DNA from: Malacoraja senta
Taxonomy: Eukaryota
Direction: 5' to 3'
DNA length: 64,000 nt
Assembly: GCA_038087875.1 (NCBI GenBank)
Contig: CM075990.1
Coordinates: forward strand, 8,868,001 to 8,932,000
A model generated the notes under the pieces. It ran no database searches. It was not told where the DNA came from and worked only from the letters and a program-made list of their open reading frames with translations. How positions within the stretch are numbered: position 1 is the first letter of the stretch; each line of letters starts with the position of its first letter. The position numbers and the translations under genes are program-made. Positions 38,173 to 50,766 of this stretch are shown piece by piece.

Positions 38173-38515
38173 GGATGTGGAGAGGATGTTTCCATTAGTG
38201 GGAGAGTCTAAGACCAGAGTCAGAATTAAAGGACATACCTTTAGCAAGGAAATGAGGAGGAATTTCTTTAGTCAACGGGTGGTGAATCTGTGGAATTCAT
38301 TGCCACAGATGGCTGTGGAGGCCAAGTCAATGGATATTTTTAAGGCGGAGATTGGCAGATTCTTGATTAGTACGGGTGTCAGTGGTTATGGGAGAAAGGC
38401 AGGAGAATGGGGTTGAGAGGGAAAGAAAGATCAGTCATGATTCTATGCCAGAGTAGGACTTGATGGGCCAAATGGCCTCATTCTGCTTCTAGAACGTATG
38501 AACCTATGAACTTAT
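38173..38515 (+). mobile_element. CR1 3' fragment
   Basis: EMRRNFFSQRVVNLWNSLPQ. Confidence 0.88.
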
Positions 38516-39419
38516 GAATAACCCCCTGCAGCACGGTGCTGTCAGTCTGCTTATTGACGATGTAATCTCTACTCTCATCTACATCAGGTACATGAACTGC
38601 TCTCCTGTTGGGCAAGTGTAAAGACTGAGGCTCCTCCAACATCATCTTCTTTATCTACCCTATACCTGCCTCATTATGGTCAGACAACTGCCTGGGCTGA
38701 AATATACCAGTAAACCTTACCCCTCCCTGGACCGCATCACAGCAACTGAATCTCAGACTCCAGCTCATTAACTCGAACCCAAACCCCCCTGCACTACCGG
38801 CACTTGCTGAGGATGGGTTACAATGGTCTCCTTCAGCTCCCATGTTTCACACTTGCAACAGATCACCTGCCCTACTATTTCTGTCTTAGTTTAACTGCCC
38901 TGTATAACTCATTTTATGAATTAATATACACTTTTTTAAATATTGAATGGCACTGTTGTCCTTACTTCACCAACATCCCTTATTTACCAAGCCCACTACC
39001 CTTAGGCACCACATTCATTGGATACCATATAGGGTACAGGATACATCGTGTCAGAATGCACTTTGCTTAGCTGACCCCCATAGACTGGGCTTGCAAACTG
39101 GTGGTTAGTATGGAACCTATTCAGGCACACCATGTTATAACTTCCTTTCTCATCTCTATTGCCTTTTCTCACCTGAATTCTTATGGAAGTGAAAGAATTT
39201 GAGTGTCACCTGTCATGCCAGCAAATGGACCAATTCCCTCCATTAAGAGCCTACTACATGTGGATCTCACCCCTCCAGTGTGTGACCCTCCACTTCCCTC
39301 CATAATGTGATCACATATACCATGGTGACCTTCTCCTCCTGCGCATCAGCCTCCCCTCGACAGAACATAGAACAGAACCGGCCCGAACATGATGCCAAGC
39401 CCAACTCTCATCTGCCTGC

Positions 39420-39775
39420 ACATCTGGAGGCTGCAGCGAATCGTCCGATCAGCTGAGAAGGTTATTGGCTGCAACCTTCCCTCCATTGACGAACTGTACA
39501 CTGCAAGGGCCAGGAAGCGAGCGGGTAAGATCATCTCTGACCCCTCTCACCCAGGTCACAAACACTTTGAATCACTTCCCCCTGTCAAAGCCACCACAGC
39601 CAGACATAAAAACAGCTTTTTTCCACGAGTAGTAGCTCCACTCAACAACCAAAATTCTATAGCCTCCTTTTGCTCTGGTATTTTATTTAATTCGCATGTT
39701 TAATCGATAATGTTTTATTATTAATGTTTAATTTTTAAGCACCAAACAAATTCCTTGTATGTGAATATACTTGGC
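39420..39775 (+). mobile_element. Rex1/Babar LINE 3' fragment
   Basis: RLQRIVRSAEKVIG...IISDPSHPGH...KNSFFPR. Confidence 0.85.
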
Positions 39776-40315
39776 TGTTTGGTATATACTGACTGTTTGG
39801 TAGTCACCTGCCATCCAATTAGCATGGCCCCGATCCTCCAGCAAATTTGACCTCACTTTAAATATAAATCATAGCTTATTTGTAACTTATCTCCTGGATA
39901 ATAATGTTAATGTCATGTTCCAAAGGATTTCATCTCTTGTTTAACAAGGCATTTGAGTCCTATTTAGTTGATGCATTTCTCTACTTTAGTGGTTTTGTTC
40001 CAACTCCTAGGTTTCTGAGGAAAGAAATCTGCTTGCATTAACAATGAGTGAGTCTCATGATGATGCTCAGTAGTCATCAGAGAGATGAAACGTATCTGAG
40101 CTCTAAACCAGCTTCAGCTTTAATACGATCAAACACACAATACCCAAGAGTCATACTGGAATTTCATTTGTGAAGCTTTGTGCAAACAGTGGGAGGTAAT
40201 CCTTGCCCTATTGTCACAATTAGTTGAGTCAGCTGTGCGTTTCTTGTCCACTGCGCCAAATGAACTTGCAGCAATGGGAGTGGTGAAGATAGTCACGACC
40301 ACAATCCCTTTGATT

Positions 40316-40528
40316 ACTGTAGGAAGGAACTGCAGATGCTGGTTTAAACCGAAGATAGACACAAAAAGTTGGAGTAACTCAGCGGGACAGGCAGCATCTC
40401 TGGAGAGAAGGAATGGGTGACATTTTGGATCATGACTGTCTGAAGAAGGGTCACGACCCGAAACGTCACCCATTCCTTCTCTCCAGAGATGCTGCCTGTC
40501 CCGCTGAGTTACTCCAGCTTTTTGTGTC
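40316..40528. mobile_element. Penelope-derived fold-back insertion with hammerhead-like motif
   Basis: ~65-bp inverted arms; ctgaagaagggtcacgacccgaaacgtc at 40440-40467; TSD tccctttgatt. Confidence 0.85.
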
Positions 40529-43500
40529 TCCCTTTGATTTCTAAAGCTGGCTGAGGATGAAGCGAGGCGAATCATGGCAAACCCTGCATTTTTCATGAGT
40601 AGAGCATCAGTATCAACAAACTGCATTTAACATCCAAAACATCTCAAGTAATTCAGGAGGGGGTGAGATTGGAATAAACCTGAGCCACACAAAGAGATCT
40701 TAGGACAAGAGCGCAGAAGCTCAGTTAAATAGGATAGGTTTTAAGGAGGATCTGTACGTTTTTTTTTTGCTTTTAAAGATACAGATTGGAAACATGTAAT
40801 TTGGCCCACCAAGTCCGCACCGACCAATGATCACCTATACACTAGTTCTATCCTACACACTGGGGACAATTTACAGAGGCCAATTAACCGAAAACAAGCA
40901 CATCTTTGGAATGTGGGAGGAAACTGGAGCACCTAGAGGAAACTCACGCAGTCACGGGGAGAATGTGCAAACTCCCCACAGTTAGCACCCCAGGTCAGGA
41001 TTGAACCCTTCTTCAGACTGGGTCCAAAGAGGGGTCTCAAACTGTAATGTCACCCATTCCTTCTATCCAGAGATGCTGCTTGTCCCTCTAAGTTACTCCA
41101 GCATGTTGTGTCTATCGTCGGTGTAAACCAGCATCTGCAGTTCCTTCCTACACAGGACAAAGAAAGCAACGGGTTAATGGGTGCAAGGTGAAAGAGGATA
41201 GTAATATGAAATAGGATTATGCTAACATCGTCCCCCTTTCTCCCATTCCTTTGTATACATAAAATGTAATGCCTGCCCATTTACTTCCACCTGTCTGGCT
41301 GCCGAGGGTCCCAATTTCTCCTTCTACAGGAAGCAGCAGTTTGCGGTATCCATTGCTCACATTATGAGTATTATGTACTTTGTGGAGCCAAACTATAGAT
41401 TGGGTTGCACTTTGTAGAATGCTCCTGTACACACTGCAAGCATTTAAAACATCTGTGCCACCCCTGAGTTTCCAGCCACCTGTCACTTTAACCTGAAGAT
41501 AGACACAAAAAGCTGGAGTAGCTCAGCGGAACAGACCTGATCTCTCTGCTCCCAGCCTAAACTATGAGGGGAATATGAGGGGATTGGATGGGGTGAATGT
41601 GCAATTTTTTACCCAGGGTATGAAAATTATGAACCAAAGGACATGTTTAAGATGAGAAGGGGAAGATTAAATAGGAACTTGAGGGGCAACGTTTCACTCT
41701 GAGGGTGGTGGGTTTATGGAACGAGCTGCAAGAGGGGGATTCAAGGAAATGCAGATGATGGTTTACAAAAAGACACAGAGTGCTGGAGTAACTCAATAGG
41801 TTAGGCTGCATCTCTGGAGAACATGGATAGATGATCAGTCTGAAGAAGCATCCTGATCTACAATGTCACCTAGCCATGCTTTGCAGCAATGCTGCCTGAT
41901 CCGCTGAATTACTCCAGCACTTTCCAGAATTGATTCCATATTTGTCGGCAATTTCAGTCAGTTATCACTCCTGCCCTCCATCCAATTACGAAACTCCATT
42001 GTGTTCCTTTCCCCCAACCCACCCCCTGTCCTTTTACTGCATCTTAATAGATCTTTTTGTCAATCATGTTTCTCACCCCACAGATGCTGCCTGACCTGTG
42101 GTTTATTTCTGGTTCTGATTCAGTGTAAATATTTCCTGCAGAGACTGAGCATTAAACAAAGCAGAGCAACAATCCCAGGCCACACAGAGGTCACGAAGAT
42201 TGAATATTCCCTGTCTAATTAATACTCTGCTGATGGATATGAATGATTGAGAATCATTCTGTGCAGCAGTTTTGGAAATGCATGATTGCAAGTGTCATCT
42301 GTGATTAATTTATATGCAAATAGTCTTGCGCTTTGAATTTAGAAAAAAAATCAATTTCACTTAACCTGTGACAGTACTGTATTTGATGAATGTGGGTCCA
42401 ATGGCAGACACAGGAACATTCTTTGGGTAATAATCTTGGACTGGCAACCCAGAAACTTGTGTTCAAATCAAGGCAGCTGTGGAATTTAAATTCAGTTAAT
42501 GATCTAAAATTGACCCCGAAAAAGTTAGTCATTGGTAACAATGACCACAAATTTTCCAGATTGTTGTCAATCCAGTTCATTATGCTCTGCAGATGAGGAA
42601 AACCATCATCTTTCTGACTCCAGACTCACTGCTGAAATTGCCTAGTACACCATTCGCTTGGTATGTTGAAACAAAGAATAAATAAAAGTGGACAGATCAC
42701 CTGGTGTTGAAAAAGGCAGTGCAGACCCACACAAAGTCACTACAAGCATAATTGTGATCTATGCTCTATGCTACAGCCTTCTCATATGGTTTCCCAGGCC
42801 ATCTTGTTCCACAGATCAATCAAGGATATAGCCTGAGATGATTGTCATAGAATAGTATTGTACAGTTAAAATGCCTGAATCCTCAATTATACTCCTCTGT
42901 TCTCCCTGTACCAAAGCAGAAGAGATGACCAAAAGGTGTGAGATGGTGTATGGTTGGGATTTATCAAATTTGAATCCAGATCCCATGAAGTCACTTGGTA
43001 TCAAGCCAAACATGGGCCAGTAAAACCGTGTTCTGATTGCAAATGACTATTCTCCCTCAACTGATGAATCAGTACTCCTCCAAATTGAGCACACTGCCAG
43101 ATCAGGTCTACAGAAAGTAAAGAATTATTCAATATGAGGGATATACCAACCTGGCCTCAATCTTCACTAATGTACAGTACCTATGGTAAATGCATCTGTC
43201 CATGAAAGCATTTTTAGGAAGGACCACACCACATTCCAGCGGGAGAAAAGTACTGTCATCACGCCAAAGATGTGTTGTGTAACATGACAATGATGTAACT
43301 TGGATGGGTGGTTCAAACTGGGTGTTTGACTAAAAGGTTAATTCTGTTCCTCTATCCACAGATGCTGCCTGACCTGCTGAGTGTGTCCACTATTCTCTAC
43401 TTTTGTTTCAGCTAAAACTAGCCCCTCACCAATAACCAGCATTCAAAACCAAGAACATTGCAATTATTTTAATTCAGTAAACGATTCCAAAGACATTAAT

Positions 43501-45194
43501 AGGTCGTTATATTTCCATGGATTTTCATTTTAAGCAAAGCTGTAGTTAGATGAGATACAGATTTATTTTTGTTGGTTTGCATGCATTAACATCCATCAAC
43601 CATTGCTTAAACGCAAGCTTAGGTATTTTTTTAGGATGAAAGAAATTAAATTGTTATTTGAGAGACATATGTATAATTTGAGACCATCCAATAACTATTT
43701 TCATCTTAACCCAAATGATCACATCATCAGATAATTCTTGCAAGGCATTATAAAAAACATTTAATCAAAACACACACTCATAGCAATCACATACATAGTT
43801 AACTAACAAAAAGACATACAATTTTAAATCAACTTAAGTAATTCAGTGGGATTCAAAATGTTGCCGGTTTTGGGGAGAACATTTTTGATGGCAAGGGAAT
43901 TATTACATACTTGGAAAGGAAAGATTTTCCATGTTGTGGGGAAGCGTGGGATGAATTGGAGGGGACTTTTATAGAGCCGGTACCAGCACAATGGGCAGAA
44001 TGACCTTCTCCTGGATTGTGAGACTTGACATCTCCATCCGTGAGCTTTCCAGAGGAGACATGATTCTCCATAAACTGGCCACTGACTTACCATGAGATTC
44101 TACTCCTTTTGGAAGGATTCCCTCCATCCACCCGAAAGCGGAGGCAGAGTGGCACAGCAGTAGAGTTGCTGCCTTACAGCACTAGAGACCCAGGTTCAAT
44201 CCTGACTACGGGTGCTGTCTGTATGGAGTTTGTACATTCTCCCTCCGCTGCATGTGTTTTCTCTAGTTTTCTGTGAGAGGAGAGACAGTTAACTTTTCAG
44301 ATCAAAGAAGTTCATAACGAATAGGTGTAAAATTAGGCAATTCAGCTCATCAAGTCTACTCTGCCATTCAATCATGGCTGATCTATCTCTCCCTCCTAAC
44401 CCCGTTCTCCTGTCTTCTCCACATAATCTCTGACACCTGTATGATGTTTCAGTTATGTTGAAAAGACTTCGACAGAAAGTGTTAATGACAATGATCCATG
44501 CTACATTTTCCTTGACCTTCATCCCCTTAGATGTCTAGTTCTCACCTTACAATTCCTTATCTCTGTGTCTCCCTCTCCCCTGACTCTCACTGAAGAAAGG
44601 TCTCAGCCCGAAACGTCACCCATTCCTTCTATCCAGAGATGCTGCCTGTTCCGCTGAGTAACTCCAGCATTTTGTGTCTTTCTTTCCAACAATGTGGCCT
44701 GAGCTGTGGAATGGTTCCAGCATTTTACCTTATTATTTCAGATATCCAGCATCTGCCATTTCCTTGTGATTTTCGCCAGCTAGTGAACTCAATGTAGTCT
44801 CATTGTCTCATAGTACAAGGAGCCAAGTGATATCTGCAGACGTGAGGCAACAACTGCCCACCTGCCCGATGGAGAACTAGTGCCAGGCAGAAACATCACA
44901 ACCTGGTGAATGACCCACCTGCCAACTACCAGCAAAGTGAATTACAAAACCCAACCTCCTCAATTGTCCACATCTGGCAGCCTAGGCAAGAGGTCTCCAC
45001 ATCCTCCTGTGTATTGTCACAGTTTACTATCAGCATCAAAACAATAGTCTTAACTGTGCTCAGCAAATTTCACCGGTTAGAGATACATCATAAAAGGTAA
45101 TTAGGTGATGGCAATAGAACATAGATTATAGTACAGTACAGGAACAGACCCTTCAGTCTAGAATATCTGTGCTGAAAATGATGCCAAATTAAAC

Positions 45195-45782
45195 TACCCC
45201 TCCCCCCTCGACTCCATTCAAGGACCTAAGCAGTCGTTCCAGGTGCGACAGAGGTTCACCTGCATCTCCTCCAACCTCATCTATTGCATCCGCTGCTCTA
45301 GATGCCAGCTGATCTACATCGGTGAGACCAAGCGGAGGCTTGGCGATCGTTTCGCCGAACACCTCCGGTCGGTCTGCAATAACCAACCTGACCTCCCGGT
45401 GGCTCAGCACTTCAACTCCCCTTCCCATTCCGTATCTGACCTCTCTGTCCTGGGTCTCCTCCATGGCCACAGCGAGCAACACCGGAAATTGGAGGAAATG
45501 CACCTCATATTCCGCTTGGGCAGTCTACATCCTGGGGGCATGAACATTGAATTCTCCCAATTCTGCTAGCCCTTGCTGTCCCCTCCCCTTCATCAGCCCT
45601 CTGGTTGTCTCCTCCCCTCCCCCAGCCCTCGGGCTCCTCCTCCGCCTTTTTTCCTTTTTTCCTTTCTTCTCCCCACCCCCTATCAGTCTGAAGAAGGGTT
45701 TCGACCCGAAACGTTACCTATTTCCTTCGCTCCATAGATGCTGCTGCACCCGCTGAGTTTCTCCAGCATTTTTGTGTCCCTT
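45195..45782 (+). mobile_element. Penelope-like element 3' part: GIY-YIG endonuclease (45243-45569) plus pLTR with hammerhead-like motif
   Basis: FTCISSNLIYCIRCSRCQLIYIGETKRRLGDRFAEHL...PGGMN, followed by ctgaagaagggtttcgacccgaaacgtt at 45688-45715. Confidence 0.92.
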
Positions 45783-46016
45783 CTGCCAAATATCTGGCCA
45801 AATATCCATATCTGTCCTTCCCTGCATATCCCAAAACCTCATAAACGTCACTATCACACCAACATCCACCAACATTAAAGCAGTGTGTTCCAGGCACAAA
45901 AATTAAGTTCAAAGTATTTTATACACTTTTAAGCTTCATTCTGTCAGTGGAGAATCCTTTAACGCTGTTAATTAAATTGCGTATTTGTTATTAAATCACA
46001 GCAATCTCACATGCCT

Positions 46017-46244
46017 GTTTAAGAAGGAACTGCAGATGCTGGAAAATCGAAGGTAGACAAAAATGCTGGAGAAACTCAGCAGGTGAGGCAGCATCTATGG
46101 AGCGAAGGAAATAGGCAACGTTTCGGGCCGAAACCGCTTCGTCCAAAAGTCAGCCCGAAGAAGGGTTTTGGCCCGAAACGTTGCCTATTTCCTTAACTCC
46201 ATAGATGCTGCCTCACCCACTGAGTTTCTCCAGCATTTTTTTCT
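46017..46244. mobile_element. Penelope-derived fold-back insertion
   Basis: Inverted arms; 14-bp TSD aatctcacatgcct (46003-46016 and 46245-46258). Confidence 0.85.
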
Positions 46245-47770
46245 AATCTCACATGCCTTTCTGCTTCATTTGGTTTGTAAAGTTTCCCTTTGTGGATTAC
46301 GGAACAGTTAATTAAGGTACAGATCTCTTCTGATTTAATCCAATATCAGAAGGCACTTTTTGATGATCCCACTGGTGTATCCAAAAAAAGGTCCCCACAT
46401 TTATATTTTCTTAATCTTCTATCGACCACTATCAATTGATAACAGTTCAACCCTTGCCTCGTGAGAAATGTCAAATATCTCCATCCTCTTACTCAATTCC
46501 CAGCACACTCTTGTCGTAACTTGCATGGATTCATTTAATGTTAAACACACTGAGATTCATGTTATACTGAGACACTTCCCATTACACTTGTGTGAAAATT
46601 CTATTTCTCAGTCTAGTGAGCTCTGTAAAACAACTGTCAACATCAATGTCATGTCCATTCCTTCAACACGAACATAGTTTCACAGTCTTTGCCTCTCTCT
46701 TCTCCTCTGTCCATTTCTCCATCTGCTTTTTTTATGCTTCTTTCCCTCTTTATGCCATTCCGTCTCATTCTCCCCGTCCCCATCCTTCGCTCCTAATTTC
46801 CTCTCTTTCAATTTCTCCCTTCCAATTTATCTCTTGTTTTGGTTTAGTTTGGAGATACAGGCCCTTCGGCCCACTGAGTCTGTGCCGACCAACGATCCCC
46901 ACAGACGAGCATTACCCGACACATTATTGACAATTTTACAATTTTTGTCCAAAGCCAATTAATCCTGTGCGTCTTCGGAGTGTGGGTGGAAACCAGAGTA
47001 TCGGCGTAGTCACAGGGAGAACGTACAAACTCCGTATAGACAGCACCTGTAGTCAGGATGGAACCCGACTACAATGTGAGGTCATAAGTGATAGGAGTAG
47101 AATTAGGCCATTCGGCCCATTAAGGTCTACTCTGCCATTCAATCATGGCTGAACTATCTTCCCCTCTTAACCCCATTCTCCTGCCTTCTCCCCAACACAT
47201 CTGACACCTGTACTAATCAAGAATCTATCTATCTCTGCCTCATAAATATCCACTGACTTGCCTCCACAGCCTTCAGTAGCAAAGAATTCCACAGATTGAA
47301 TGAATCCTTTTTTCCTCATCTCCTTCCTAAAAGTACGTCCTTTAATTCTAAGGCTATGACCTCTAGTCCTAGACTCTCCCAGCCACTCTACCGCTGCACC
47401 ATCTCGTCGCCTCTCTCTCTACTTCCTTCTCTGTCCTGATCACATTCACCTGCCTCTAAATCAGATCGCCGTCTCCCCTTTCTGACTATCGTCTCCTTCC
47501 ATTCTCTCTCTGAGTCTTTTTTGGAGTCATTATCCATGTTTATCCTTGCTCTCCAAAATGCTATTGAATATCAGTGAAAGAAAAATAGAACAATTTAAGC
47601 CATTTTAACTGAATAAAGATGTCACCTACTCAAATTGGATAGTGCACAGGTTTGTAGATGGGGAAAATCACGGGTTATAGTGAGTAAGTGGTGAAGCAAT
47701 AGCATTGACACTGACCTTGATAGAACCCATTCATAACAATCAAACAAACCTGGTTACAAAGCCTTCTCCA

Positions 47771-48057
47771 TTGCTCAACCCACTGTTAATTCAAGTGGAA
47801 CACTAGCATCCAGTAGATAGACACAAAATGCTGGAGTAACTCAGCGGGACAGGCAGCATCTCTGGATAGAAGGAAGAAGGGTCTCGACCCAAAACGTGCT
47901 GAAGAAGGGTCTCGACCCATTCCTTCTCTCCAGAGATGCTGCCTGTCCCGCTGGGTTACTCCAGCATTTTGTGTCTATCTTCAGTTTAAACCAGCATCTG
48001 CAGTTCCTTCCTATACACTAGCGTCCAGTAGCTGTGATATCATATCATAATTTATAT
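47771..48057 (+). repeat. 287-bp direct repeat, copy 1 (contains a Penelope fold-back)
   Basis: Identical by eye to 50767-51053. Confidence 0.95.
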
Positions 48058-50766
48058 ATATATATATTTTTTTAAATTTTTATTTATTAGAAGTACATTA
48101 CATTACAACTACATACATTAATACTCGTCATTTATATCATCTTACAATTAATGTACTCCCTTTATTTATTTTTTTACACTAGAGAAAGAAAAGATTGAAA
48201 GAGAGAAGAAAGTGAAGGAAAAAGTGCAAGTGTAGAAAAGTGTAGAAAATGTAACAACAAAAAAGGACGAAGACCCTATAAGAGCGAAATTAAAAACAAA
48301 AAGAAAAAGAGTTAAGAAATAGGCCCTAAGAAAAGAAAAGAGAAAGAGAAAAAAAGAGAAACAAATGTTTTTTTTTTTTGAGCATCACGTAAATAGGACA
48401 TACCAACTCTTCAACTATCATCCCCCCTTACCCGACCTCAATTTTTTTTTTTTTTTAAAGTACTTTTGCACCCCATGTTTGTAATAATTCTATAAATGCA
48501 GACCACGTCAGGTGGAAGTGATCTGGTTTACCTGCTAGGAGGAGTCTTATCTCTTCAAGGTGTAATGTTTCAAACATATTTGAAATCCACATATTTATAG
48601 TTGGTATTGGAGCCTTCTTCCAAAATTTTAGAATTAGCTTTTTTCCAGTTATTAACCCATAATCCATTAATTTCTTTTGAAACACATTTAATTCTGGATC
48701 ATCTTCCGTTATTCCGAAGATAATCCATTCTGCTTTGGGTATCAGTCTTGTTTTAAATAACTTTGTAAAGATTTCAAAAATTTCATTCCAAAATTTTTGA
48801 ATTTTTGTACAGAAGACAAATGCGTGCGCTATAGTTGCTTCTTGGGATTGACATTTATCACAAATAGATGATACGTTTGGGAAAATTTTATGAATTTTAG
48901 TTTTCGAATAATATAATCTATGTAAAATTTTAAATTGTATTAAAGTGTGTCTTACATTAATCGAGCATTTATGCACTTTTAATAAGTATTCATTCCAACT
49001 TTCCTTTGAAATTTTAATAGCTAACTCTTGTTCCCAGTCTCTTCTGATACCCTCCGTAGATGGTATTTGTGCATTTAAGATAATATTGTACAAATATGAT
49101 ATTAAGTTTGCTGATTCCGCTTTTATCTGCATTGCCTCGTCCAGTACATCTGCTGGGTTATTATGATGATCTTTTATATATTTTTTCAAATAGTCGCATA
49201 TTTGAAAGTATTTAAAATATTGATTATTTCCGAGTTTATATTTTATTTGTAATTGTTGAAATGAAAGTAATTTTCCAGTTTCATACAAGTCACCAAGCGT
49301 TTTAATTCCTAGTCTATCCCATTGTGTATAAGCTTTATCTATAATAGAAGGACTAAACGAAGGGTTATTGACTATAGGTAATAAAAGTGATAAGTTTCTT
49401 AATTTTAAATTTTGTTTTATTTGTTTCCAAATACGGATTGTACTATGAATAATTGGGTTCTTATTATAGTTTATGTTATTCAATTTCATTGGAGAGAGGA
49501 GGATCGCTCCAATGTTTCTAGAGGAGCAATCCTCTTTCTCCATTACAATCCAGTCTACTTGCTGGGCGGAGTTATCCATCAGTTGAATCATGTTTTTAAT
49601 ATTTACTGACCAATAATAATACATAAAATTAGGTAGTGCTAGACCCCCCAATACTTTAGATTTATTCAGATGGGTTTTTTGTATTCTATGTGATTTATAG
49701 TCCCATATAAAATTAGTGATATCTGAGTCGAGTTTTTTAAAAAACTTCTTAGGTAAGTATATAGGAATTGATTGAAATAGGTATAAAATTTGTGGTAAAA
49801 ATATCATTTTTATTGCGTTTATTCGGCCTATTAAAGACATCGGAAGCGTTTTCCAGAATTTAATTAATGTATTCAGTTTATTAAGTAGGGGGTCAAAATT
49901 TGCCCTGAACATACCTTGATATGCTCTGGTAATTTCGATTCCCAAATATTTAAATTTTTCTGTAGCTATTTTAAAAGGGAATTTTAAAAGATGTGTTGAA
50001 TCTTTCGGTTTTATTGACATAATTTCACTTTTATTCCAATTTATTCTATATCCAGAAAAAGATCCGAAGTCTTCAATTAAATTTAATATATTTGGTATAG
50101 TGATTTGAGGTTTTGTAATATACAATAATATATCATCCGCGTATAAAGATATTTTATTATATGAGTCTTTAGTATTATATCCATGAATATCAGGGTGTAT
50201 TCTAATTTTTTCTGCTAGCGGTTCAATAATGAGAGCAAACAGCTGTGGTGATAATGAGCATCCTTGTCTATTTCCCCTTGATAGTTGAAATTTCGAGGAT
50301 AATATGTTATTAGTAAGTATTCTAGCTGTAGGTTTGTTATATAGTAACTTAATCCATAAAATAAAATTCTCTCCCAGTTGAAATTTTTGTAATACTTTAT
50401 CCATATAATTCCATTCTACTTGATCAAATGCTTTTTCAGCATCCAGCGAAATAATTGATAATTCTTGATCTTCAGATTTGTGTGAGTGCATTATGTTGAG
50501 TAGACGTCTCATATTATTAGAAGAGTATCTCTTAGGGATAAACCCTGTCTGATCTGGGTTTATTAATTTACTAATGTATTTACTTAATCTTCTGGCTAAT
50601 GTTTTCGCTAATATTTTTTGATCTGTGTTTAACAATGCTATAGCTCTATATGAGCCAGGTTCTTCTAAATCCTTATTTTTCTTAGGTATTAATGTAATCG
50701 TTGATTCCGCTAATGTATCAGGTAGTATTCGTTTTTTAAAAGCGTATTGGTACATTTTTTGTAATC
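48058..50766 (-). mobile_element. Young 5'-truncated L1
   Basis: Uninterrupted ORF2 fragment, 3'UTR and A-rich tail. Confidence 0.95.
48455..50755 (-). CDS. L1 ORF2p RT plus C-terminal CCHC, 766 aa open but lacking the endonuclease domain
   Basis: SLDAEKAFD, RQGCSLSP, LYADD, KYLG and CDKC...HAFVFC. Confidence 0.9.
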   Translation of the reverse strand: MYQYAFKKRILPDTLAESTITLIPKKNKDLEEPGSYRAIALLNTDQKILAKTLARRLSKYISKLINPDQTGFIPKRYSSNNMRRLLNIMHSHKSEDQELSIISLDAEKAFDQVEWNYMDKVLQKFQLGENFILWIKLLYNKPTARILTNNILSSKFQLSRGNRQGCSLSPQLFALIIEPLAEKIRIHPDIHGYNTKDSYNKISLYADDILLYITKPQITIPNILNLIEDFGSFSGYRINWNKSEIMSIKPKDSTHLLKFPFKIATEKFKYLGIEITRAYQGMFRANFDPLLNKLNTLIKFWKTLPMSLIGRINAIKMIFLPQILYLFQSIPIYLPKKFFKKLDSDITNFIWDYKSHRIQKTHLNKSKVLGGLALPNFMYYYWSVNIKNMIQLMDNSAQQVDWIVMEKEDCSSRNIGAILLSPMKLNNINYNKNPIIHSTIRIWKQIKQNLKLRNLSLLLPIVNNPSFSPSIIDKAYTQWDRLGIKTLGDLYETGKLLSFQQLQIKYKLGNNQYFKYFQICDYLKKYIKDHHNNPADVLDEAMQIKAESANLISYLYNIILNAQIPSTEGIRRDWEQELAIKISKESWNEYLLKVHKCSINVRHTLIQFKILHRLYYSKTKIHKIFPNVSSICDKCQSQEATIAHAFVFCTKIQKFWNEIFEIFTKLFKTRLIPKAEWIIFGITEDDPELNVFQKKLMDYGLITGKKLILKFWKKAPIPTINMWISNMFETLHLEEIRLLLAGKPDHFHLTWSAFIELLQTWGAKVL

